DNA of 64,000 bases, from NCBI RefSeq assembly GCF_030684315.1, contig NC_081392.1, forward strand, positions 806,001 through 870,000, in the 5' to 3' direction. Made by a program: the position numbers and the translations under genes. Shown here piece after piece: positions 10,860 to 20,190 of the stretch. Below the pieces are notes generated by a model. It saw only the letters and a list, made by a program, of their open reading frames with translations, did not search any database and was not told the DNA's origin. The stretch comes from Stegostoma tigrinum. Lineage: Eukaryota. Within the stretch, counting starts at the first letter, position 1, and each line of letters starts with the position of its first letter.

Positions 10860-11975
10860 AATGAATGGCTTGTCGTGAAAGTTATGTTGCATGAGACCCA
10901 GGGATAACTAGCTATTCAGATTCAAAATTGGCTCAATGGTGGGAAGCGGAGGGTGATGGTTGAAAGATGTTTCCCAGTCTGGAGGCCTGTGTATAATGGT
11001 ATGCCCCAGGATCGTGCTGGGACCTTTGTTATTTGTTATTTACATAAGTGATCTGGGTGTGATTATACAAGGCATGATTAGTAAGTTTGCGAATGATACA
11101 AAATTAGGAGGTATCATTGATAGTGAGGAAGGTTATCAAAAATTACAGAGGAATCTTGATCAAATGGGGAAGTAGGCCAAGGATTGGCAAATGCAATTCA
11201 ATACAGTTAAGTGTGAGGTAAGCATTTTGAAAGACAAACCAGGATAGGGCTAATTCCGGTTAAATGGTAGGGCCCTGAGGAGTGTTGCGGAACAGAGGGA
11301 CCTAGGAGTAAAAGTTTATCATTCATTGAAAGCAGCATCACAGGTGGGCAGGGTGGTGAAGGAGGCATTTAGCATGCTGGCTTCATCGGTCAAGGCATTA
11401 AGTATAGGAGTTGGGATGTTATATTATCGTAGTATAAGTCAGTGAGGCAGTACTTGGAGTATTGCGTATGGTTTCATTCACCCTTTTGTAGGAAAAACAG
11501 AGTTAAACTGGAAAAGTGTGCAAAGATTTACGAGGATGTTACCAGAACTTGTAGGCCTGATTTACAGAGAATTTATAAGTTGCCCAGGATAGGTCTTTAT
11601 TTCTTGGAATATAGGAAAATTAGGGATGTCCTTACTGAGGAGTATAAAATTATGACAGCCATGGGTAGGATGAATACATATACTGTTTTTTCCCAGGGAT
11701 TTAGAGGGCAAATGATTAAGGTGAGAGGGGAAAGATTTAAGAAGGACCTGAGAGGCAACCTCTTCACACAGAAGAACAGTGCATATATGGAATGGGCTGG
11801 CAGAGAAAGTAGTTGAGACAGGTATAATAGCAGCATTTAGATACATGGATGGGAAGGGTTTCGAGAGATATGGACCAAATGCCACAAATGGAAATAGCTG
11901 AGTGGATAACATGGTCAAAATGGAACAATTAGTCCTGAAGGACCTGGCTCCATGCTGTATTACTCTATGACTCTA
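10860..11975 (+). mobile_element. CR1-type LINE RT/3' fragment
   Basis: ORFs contain [14 protein letters not shown]…ISKFANDTKLGG (RT domains 4-5) and LEYCV.F.SP. It is frameshifted and ends in the tail ctgtattactctatgactct. Confidence 0.85.
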
Positions 11976-12936
11976 CCCATACGCTCAACCTACAGTGGGC
12001 CAACAGTATTCTTATCTTGCCACTTTCTCTTTTTATAACTACAAAGGCTCTTCTTATTGATAAGCCAATGGGTGGATCTTTATTGATATTTGTGTTTGTC
12101 CCAGTCTGTGAGATCTGTACTCATCTTTGGAATTTTACAAGACTTTTCTTTAACTTTTTTGCTGTGCCTTCCCCTATCTAGAAGTGCATAGCATTTTTTT
12201 GAGTAGGTGCTTGCCTTTCTCATGCTTCTGAATAGCATTAAATATTTCTTTGAACATCCTCTACTTTCCTCAGTTGTTTTCCCTGTTAGCAGAGATTCCC
12301 AGTTTTAGCGCGGGCAGTCTCTGCCTCATCCTATGCATATCTTCCTTACTTAAATCTAAATTGAAATTCGATCTCCATAGCCCACAAATTGGTCACTTTC
12401 AAATATACATCCAGCTCTCTTTTGAAGCCTACCATCAAATCCACCACCACCACTTTCTGAGGCAGCACATTCCAAAACCTAACAATACTGAGTAAAGAAC
12501 TTTCTCCTCATCTCATTCCTGCCTCTCTTGCTGACAATATTGAAGTTGTTGGAAATCATTCTGATTTCCCCATCAATCTTTCAGAATTTCTAAGACTTGC
12601 CACTTTCATTTCTCAATGAAACAGACATGTTCAGCTAATAAAAATAAAATACAGAGGATTCTGGAAATCTGAAACAAAAATGCAGTGCTGGAGAAACTCA
12701 ACACATCTGTGGAGGGAGATAGGGACAGAGTTAGCATCTTGAGTCTGGTATAACTGTTCTTCAAATCTGAGACATGTTGAGCATCTCTAGGAGTTAAAAC
12801 CTCTCAGAATCGTTCACTTTTGTTTGCAATTTCTCCAGCGCTACTCAATTTCATTGTCCACTTTCATTTTAACCGATCTCTTCACATCATAGATCTAGGG
12901 TGAGAGGAAACAGCTTTGTTTCCAGCTGCCGTTTGG

Positions 12937-12975
12937 GGTTTTTGCTGAGCTGCTCCTTCTCTCTGAGTCACTGTG
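12937..12975 (-). other. 23-RSS of V4
   Basis: CACAGTG (12975-12969), 23-nt spacer, GCAAAAACC (12945-12937). Confidence 0.95.
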
Positions 12976-13404
12976 AATACTCCAAGCACAAAAATACACG
13001 GCCGAGTGATCCACTCGGAGGCTGGGAGATTTCAGGTTAAATTCGGTGCCGCTCGGTCGCTCGGCGATGAAACCGTTCACCATTTCCTCTGGATTTACGA
13101 TATTGCTACCTGCAGAGTAAAACATGAACTGCGGCTCCTTCCCTGGGCTTTGTCTGTACCAGTAAAGGTTGCTGGTGCCCTGCACGGTGCACTTCAGAGT
13201 CAGATTCTCCCTGGGCATTTTGGAGACTGCAGCGGGAATCTGGTGGATTGTCTGTGAATCCACGACTGCAACAGAGACAGGGAGAAGAGGCAGTCAGTTA
13301 ATGAAGGCAATCAGGGCAGTAAAACAAAATTTTATGAACATAACCAGTGTTTGAGAAAACCCCTTACAGTGAAACATAGTCATTAGACCCATAAACAGAT
13401 ACAT
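12976..13404 (-). CDS. TRBV: T-cell receptor beta V gene segment V4 (TRBV30-like), apparently functional; leader 13404-13368, V exon 13265-12976
   Basis: Leader MYLFMGLMTMFH with GTAAGG donor and ctgttgcAG acceptor. V reads VDSQTIHQIP…LKCTVQGTSNLYWYRQSPGKEPQFMFYS…ERPSGTEFNLKSPSLRVDHSAVYFCAWS, followed by a 23-RSS. Confidence 0.94.
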
Positions 13405-13530
13405 CGTTTGCTTGAAGTTTCCTACTTGTAAGGGAATGTGCGATCACAGCAGTTTGGTGCGTAGGGGAGAATCAACCCGCGCTTTACAAGTATTTGATGG
13501 ATACAAAGGGGCTCTAAGGGGTGGGATGGA

Positions 13531-13561
13531 ATTGGACACGCCCCCAGGCCCGTTAACCAAT
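13531..13561 (-). promoter_or_regulatory. Candidate V promoter GC-box/CCAAT module (related motifs at 3138-3147 for V1 and 9241-9250 for V3)
   Basis: G(A/C)CACG(C/T)CCC occurs ~130-165 bp upstream of the ATG in V1, V3 and V4. V4 also has ATTGG and CCAAT flanking it. Confidence 0.4.
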
Positions 13562-14127
13562 CGGAACTAACATGGTTGCTTTATCTTTTGGCAGAGCATT
13601 CCAGTTGACTACGGACAGTCCGTGACACATATCGCTAAAGTCTGCCTTTCTTAAATCTAAAATCAAATCAAATCCCTGTTGACCTTTAAATCCCTCACTT
13701 TCAAGTATATATCCAGCTCTCTTTTGAACAATCTTAAGGAATCCGCCTCCATCACTTTCCCAGGCAGCACTTTCTCGAACAATTCTGAGTAAAGATGTTT
13801 CAGCGCATGTCACTCCTAGCTCTCGAGCTGACAATTTTGGAATCGTTGGAAACCATTCCGGCTTTCCCATCAATCTTTTCAGATTTTCTAAGACACATAT
13901 AGGAACTTTTCCCCTCCTTTGAGATCCCAATGAAACAGGTATCAGCCAAGTAAAGCTGATAAAAAGTTCCCAGTTATCCCCGCGAAAATTCGAGAAGCAG
14001 AAACGCTATTGGCATAAGTGTTTTGCCAGTGTTTGAGAGGTTCAGTGGCAGTCCCGAGCAGGTTCAAGTCCCAGCTCAGGATTTCATCGTCACGGCGGTG
14101 TTTCAAAGCAGGCTGATTAAAGAGGAA

Positions 14128-15864
14128 GAGACAGTAGGAACGGCAGATGCTGGAGAGTCTGAGATAACAAAGGTGTGGAGCTGGATGAACACAACAGGCC
14201 AAGCAGCATCAGAGAAGCAGGGAAGCTGACGTTTCGGGCCGTGACCCTTCTTCAGAAATGGGGCAGGGGAAAGGGCTTCTGAAATAAATAGGGAGAGAGG
14301 GGGAGGCGGATAGAAGATGGTTAGAGGAGAAGATAGCTGGAGAGGAGACAGACAGGTCAAAGAGGCGGGGTTGGAGCCAGTAAAGGTGAGTGTAGGTGGG
14401 GAGTTAGGGAGGGGATAGGTAAGTCCTGGGAGGACAGACAGATCAAGGGGGCGGGATGACGGTTAGGGAGGCGGGGACGAGCTGGGCTGGATTTGGGATG
14501 CAGTGGGGGGAAGGGGAGATTTTGAACCTTGTGAAGTCCACATTGATACCATTGAGCTGCAGGGATCCCAAGTTGTCCCATTTAATATGAGGTGCTGTTC
14601 CTGCAACCTTCGGGCGGCATCATTGTGGCACTGCAGGAGGCCCATGATGGACATATCATCTCAGGAATGGGAGGGAGAGTTGAAATGGTTCACGACTGGG
14701 AGGTGCAGTTGTTTATTGCGAACCGAGCGGAGCTGTTCGCAAAGCGGTCCCCAAGCCTCCGCTTGGTTTCCTGATGTAGAGGAGGACACACCTGGAAAAG
14801 CAGATGCAGTATACCATATTAGCAGATGTGCAGGTGAACATCTGCTTGATGTGGAAGGTCTTCTTGGGGCTTGGGATGGGGGTGAGGGCAGAGGTGTAGC
14901 GGCAGGTGTAGCACTTCTTGCCGTTGCAGGGAAAAGTGCCGGGTCTGGTGGGGCTGGAGGGGAGTGTGGAGCGGACAAGGGAGTCACGGAGAGGGTGATC
15001 TCTCCGGAAAGCAGACAAGGGTGGGGATGGAAAAATGTTTTTGATGGTGGGGCTGGATTGCAGATGGCGGAAGCGTCAGAGTATGATACGTTGGATCCGG
15101 AGGTTGGTGGGGTGGTACGTGAGGACGAGGGGGATTCTGTTTTGGTTGTTATTGCAGGGAGGGGGTGTGAGGATGAGTTGCGGGAAATGCGGGAGACACG
15201 GTTGAGGGCGTTCTCGGCCACTGAGGTCGGAAGTTGTTCCATTGAAAAACAGGGACATCTGAGATGTTCGGGAGTGGATTAGAACATAGAACATAGAACA
15301 ATACAGCGCAGAACAGGCCCTTCGGCCCTCGATGTTGCACCGACCTGTGAACTAATCTAAGCCCCTCCCTCTACACTATCCCACCATTATTCATATGCTT
15401 ATCCAAGGATTGTTTAAATGCCCCTAATGTGACTGAGTTAACTACATTGGCAGGCAGGACGTTCCGCGCCCTTACCACTCTCTGAGTAAAGAACCTGCCT
15501 CTAACATGTCTTAAATCTATGATCCCTCAATTTGTAGCTATGCCCCCATGCACAAGCTGAAGTCATCATCCTCGGAAAAAGACTCTCACTGTCCACCCTA
15601 TCTAATCTTCTGATCATCTTGTATGTCTCTATTAAGTCCCCTCTTAGCCTCCTTCTCTCCAATGAGAACAGAAGGCCTTCCTGTGAAACCGTTATGGAAA
15701 GTTGTTGCCTCCTCCACTTGGATAACCATCTCCAAACTTGGGAAACTTCCCCAAAATCCTGCTGCTCTGGATTGCCTCATCCTGGAGCAGATGTGACAGA
15801 GGCAGAGGAGTTGGTATAGGGGATGGCATTTTTGCAGCTCATTCAGCTCTACACTTTGTTATCT
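14128..15864 (-). mobile_element. 5'-truncated Penelope-like element (GIY-YIG end + 3' terminal repeat), with inverted terminal piece, TSD and a nested CR1
   Basis: Minus ORF PGTFPCNGKKCYTC…FTCTSANMVYCICFSRCVLLYI is a GIY-YIG region. Hammerhead core CTGAAGA…GAAACGTC at 14255-14228. Inverted repeat piece at ~15839-15864. TSD ctgattaaagaggaa (14113-14127) / ctgattagaggggaa (15865-15879). Confidence 0.88.
15280..15680 (-). mobile_element. CR1-type LINE 3' end nested in the Penelope copy
   Basis: Starts with the (AGAACAT)n tail and is the reverse complement of the 33300-33695 region. Confidence 0.85.
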
Positions 15865-15999
15865 CTGATTAGAGGGGAAACTATATTCGTACCGTTTCCT
15901 GTGTAAGAGAGCGCGGGCTGTTAATGGTTTCTCTCTGTGCATGTGTAACAGGTTAAATGACCTCCTGTTCCCCTCCCGCTGATCAGTTACACGGTTTTC

Positions 16000-16330
16000 A
16001 CGCTCCCTCTGTTGTCGCTGTGCCTAAACACAATCTCTGGATGAAATGCCAAGCGTTGTTATTTCCTTTCCTGATCTGATCCATCAGTCCTTCGTCGTCT
16101 TTCTGTCTTTCCTACTTAAACAACATCTTTTGTCCATACAATACTTAATGTTAAAGTGACATGTAGGATCTCTAACACTTTCCTGCTCTAGTCAAATGTC
16201 TTCTATTATAGATCTAGGCATTCGCTTAAAATACCTGCCAATCTCCTCCAGATGCAAGTGTCTAGAGGGCCATGTTCAAACCCATTCAGTCTTATGTATT
16301 CCCGCACTAATTAATGTGCTTTTCCCCCAC
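16000..16330 (+). repeat. Local duplicated block, copy 1 (copy 2 at ~18680-18985)
   Basis: Colinear shared words include aacacaatctct.gatgaaat.ccaag, ttcctgctctag.caaatgt, atctaggca, ccatgttcaaa and cccgcactaatta.tgtg. Both copies are followed by a tRNA-SINE head fragment. Confidence 0.8.
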
Positions 16331-16495
16331 ACAACAGTCTCTGTACCCCGATTAGAGGTGGAGTGGTGATCATGTAACCGGGTTAATCCCCAAGCCCAGC
16401 CTTGCGCTTTGCAGACCTAAGTCTAAATCTCGCCACAGCAATTTAATGAATGAAATTTGAAATTAAAAGCTGGTCCCAATCAAGGTTACTGTCAT

Positions 16496-16699
16496 GAGAT
16501 AATGGGAACTGCAGATGCTGGAGATTTCAAGATAACAAAGTGTGGAGCTGGACGAACACAGCAGGCCAAGCATGATGAAGGGTCTAAGGCCCGAAACGTC
16601 AGCTTTTGTGTTCCTAAGATGCTGCTTGGCCTGCTGTGTTCATCCAGCTCCACACTTTGTTATCTCGGATTCTCCAGCATCTGCAGTTCCCATTATCTC
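16496..16699. mobile_element. Palindromic Penelope-derived short element nested in a SINE fragment
   Basis: Inverted arms gagataatgggaactgcagatgctggaga… / …tctccagcatctgcagttcccattatctc around TGATGAAGGGTCTAAGGCCCGAAACGTC. No clear TSD. Confidence 0.8.
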
Positions 16700-18183
16700 T
16701 CCCAATCGTTGGCGTTGGCTCTGGAACTAGGAAAAACGATCCCAAAGAAGACTTTTCCAGTTTAATATGGAGATGGAAAGCAATTTTTTTTCCTGCAGAG
16801 GGTAGTGTGGAATTCTCTTCGGCAGACAGCTGTGGAGGTTGCATCATTGAATGGATTCAAAGTCGAGAGATCTTTATGCTCTGGCAGATTCGAGTGTTTT
16901 CGGAATGGGATGAAAAGCGAGAAAATGAAGACCACGATCAGATCAACCTGCATCCCTTTGATGAGCGGAGCGAACTTGAGGGACCGAATGGCCAATTCTT
17001 GTTTGTCTTTCTTAACAGACCTTAACAGACAACACCCCAGAATCACGTAATCTTGTTTGAGTATTTCCTAGACAGATCGTATTCCGACTTCGAATTTGGA
17101 TATTTGCGTTGTCATCCATAATGATTTGCTGGAACACGGAGAGAAAAACTATTTATCCTGGGAGTTGATCAGGATTAATATCAAGGTGTACTTATCGACG
17201 CAAATTGGAGTAGGTCTCGGGAACGTTCTTTCTCAATAATCTCTCGAGGCTGAAATTCAATTGGTACTGTAATCACTTGATCCATTTTGGTCAATAGGGC
17301 GAAGAAAAATGCAAAACGAAGTTGAGGAAATGGAGATTAGAAACAAACATACCCTGATTTAATTAAATGGCTGAACAGACCCTGGATGCTAACTTGCCTC
17401 CTCCAATGGCCAAAAAGGCAGAATGGCCACCAGAGGTTTATAAAATCATGAGAGGCATGGTTGAGGTGAACTGTTGATGTATTTTCCCCAGGAATTTCTG
17501 GAAAAGCTCAGCAGGTCTGGCAGCATCTGCGGAGAGAAATCAGAGTTAACATTTCGGGGCGAGTGACCCGTCCTTAACCCTGTGGTGGAAAGAATTGGAA
17601 TATATAAAAGGCATCTGGATGGGTACATGAAAAGGAAGGGTTGAAAGAAGTGTGTGCCAAATGCTGGCAAATGGGATTAGATCAGTTTAGTATGTCTGAT
17701 CCGCACAGGCAAGTTGGACAGATGTGCGGTATACCTCTGCGACTCTTCAATGGAAGGTGATTGAACATCTGCCTGTTCTTCTGTAGTGGAGAGGAAATTG
17801 AATATTCCTGTTCCTACGTACGGACTGAATCACCTTCTTTCTTACCTAATGATATTGTAGCGATTGGAATAAAGTCAGTCGGGTGGATATCATAGAATAT
17901 GAATTCTCTATTGGGTCTATTAACCAGGTCCAATCAGTGGGTCGTGGCTGACATATAAATAAGAGTGACAGAGGCTCTGCTCGCTTTAGGACCTGGCTCA
18001 GTGCCAGCTGGGTCAACGTCATGCACTATAGTGAATAAGTAAAGAATGACTTGGTGACAGGAGGTATTTCTGATATATAACTCCTTATCTTCCCACACAT
18101 CGGTATGCAGACACTGCCTTAAGCTTCCTGACTGAATAAAATTAGAATTAAACTATCTCAAATAAGGTTAAGTGAGGAACATT

Positions 18184-18673
18184 TGTAAAGGTGTAAGACT
18201 TCTGAAGTATGTAACTTCTGTCGCTGACAAAGGGGCCAGGGCACTGACTTTGTTCTAGTCAGACACACCGGCAACTTGAAATCACAATCTGTCCCGATAA
18301 CAACTTGAAATCGCCTCCTGCCATGAGCAGCCACTTCACGAACAATCGATACTATATCCTGGTCTTTTATGTTCTTGATGTAATAATTGTTTTGTATCCT
18401 GTCTTTGTCTGTTGTAATAATTGTTTCATGTATCATGTCATTGTGAGATGTGAAATTGTTTTATGTATTACGTACTTAGTAAAGCATAAAAAGCGGGAAC
18501 TGTCCGCTGTTCGGGGAGAATTACTTACGAGACTCTGCACTCTGTGCCGGGTTAAGCAGTGATACTCCACAGCTTGTACTTGCTTGGTAATAAAAGGATT
18601 TGTGTTTTTCTAAACAGGTCAGTGTCTTGTTATTGCATCAAGTCCGTGAGGGTCTCCAAAAACGAACCTGACA
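18184..18673 (+). mobile_element. Probable solo LTR
   Basis: TG…CA ends, a TATA-like gcataaaaag and an AATAAA followed by a GT-rich U5-like tract. TSD not resolved. Confidence 0.4.
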
Positions 18674-19994
18674 GTAACATTCCTCTGGAGTCACTGCGCC
18701 TCAACACAATCTCTAGATGAAATACCAAGTCGTCTTATTTCCTTTCCTGCCTTGATCTATCTTTCTGTTAGTCCTCCTTAATTAGCATATTTTGTCCAAT
18801 GTGTAAGTGGTTTGTGGAATCTCTTGCACATTCCTGCTCTAGGCAAATGTGTTTTATCATAAATCTAGGCAATCCTTTGAAATGCCCGCCAAGCTCACCA
18901 CATGCAAAGTGTAGAGAGAGCCATGTTCAAAGCCATTCAATCTCGTGTACCCCCGCACTAATTATTGTGTTTCCACCTCACCCAAAAGTGTTTTCCATAT
19001 TATAGATAATTTCTGGGGAGATGGTGGAGCTGAGTCAATGCAACTGGGCTATTAATCCCCAAGGATTGCAGACGTAGCAATTCAACGAATGACAGTTGCA
19101 ATTGAAATTTCGTCAAATCCCACATCCTCATCACCCTCAGATGAAAAAAAAGTCTCCTGAATTCCCCACGGAATTTCTCACTGGTTATCTTCAATGGTTA
19201 CGTCCAATTTTTGAAGCACCCTCCCTTCCCCCATGCCATCCCCACCCAACATTTGGAAATTTCTTCTCTACGCCATCCCTAACAATCCCTATGGTAGAAT
19301 TTTAAAGATGTTTAAGCAGTACACCTCAGCCGACTCTGTAGAGCCTTCTAAACTTCAATCTTTCGTCAGTTATAATCTGTCCTCTCCGATGTCGTCATTT
19401 ACAAGTCTTTCTATCGATCTTGTGTTCCGCACTCAACCCACCGCTCTTAATTAACAGAACAAAACGCTCCGTTTGCAAAATAGACACAGACAGGACGAGC
19501 CGAAGCAACGAGTGGCGTCATTCACCGTTGTTTCAAACAACCTTCTATTCTTCTAGACTCATAAGTTTATGTTATTCCAACATGTTGTGGACATTCCCGT
19601 GACACCGATTTGTTCCTCCACATAAAGCAACCTGGAATACATTTTTACATTTTAGGTAGTTCACTTGATTCACGCCTCAATATTCCACATTGCAGGGTAT
19701 GAAAGAAATGTATGAAAGAAATGCAGTCTGTTCTATTAATTTTCCTTCCAAGCCCTCCATTGTTCCGGTGAATCTGAGCTGCGACCCCCTCTACAATTTG
19801 TCCATCCCACAATCCCTCCTCTGGGTAATGCTGTTCCGGGCAGCTCCGCATCATTAATTGGGGGATGAGGGCAAGGGTTGATCACCTGATTGGGCGGGAT
19901 CTGGAATTCAATCAGAGCCAGGAGAGGAGCAGTGTATTTTCAATGTTGTCTTGCATTGACAAAGGTTGTTTGAACGGGAACCTTAAAGTGGAAG

Positions 19995-20190
19995 AGATAT
20001 CTGTTGCTGGCTCAGTTCATCATATTTCACGGTAAGGGTCTTCACGATTTTTTTTATTTTAAATCTGACATCTAACTTTCTTTCCACTAGCTGTCCTTTC
20101 CTCCTGTTGTTTATTCTTTTAGTTTTTAATTCCCCTTTCTCTCAATTTCACTTAATTTATCTTGTTTCACCTACGTTTCTCACAATCATG
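19995..20190 (+). pseudogene. Orphan TRBV leader exon plus intron start, inverted relative to V1-V4; start codon lost, no V exon
   Basis: aagAGA-TAT-CTG-TTG-CTG-GCT-CAG-TTC-ATC-ATA-TTT-CAC-G|GTAAGGGT (37 nt, 19995-20031) aligns with the V2 leader aagATG-TAT-CTG-CTG-CTC-GCT-CTG-TTC-ATC-AGT-TTT-CAC-C|GTAAGGGT. A pyrimidine-rich intron follows, but no WYRQ/YYC exon or RSS. Confidence 0.8.

Noticed and set aside
2501-13404. V segments as IgH V, IgL V, IgNAR or NAR-TCR V
   Set aside because: They lack the VH WVRQ/GLEW and YYCAR pattern and retain a full CDR2 region. The WYRQ…MFYS…RP…CAWS pattern fits TRBV30-like TCR-beta best, though the chain cannot be proven without C.
14503-15282. 259-aa Gly-rich plus-strand ORF
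   Set aside because: It is the antisense shadow of the C-rich Penelope coding strand.
15993-16022. RSS-like words at the left end of the duplicated block (cgctgtg at 16016; cactgcg at 18692)
   Set aside because: There is no nonamer at 12 or 23 nt and the adjacent sequence does not translate as a V exon. The resemblance to the V spacers is weak.
19943-20031. Upstream ATG rescuing the orphan leader
   Set aside because: The ATG at 19943 is out of frame with the leader codons (offset 52 nt), and no V exon follows.
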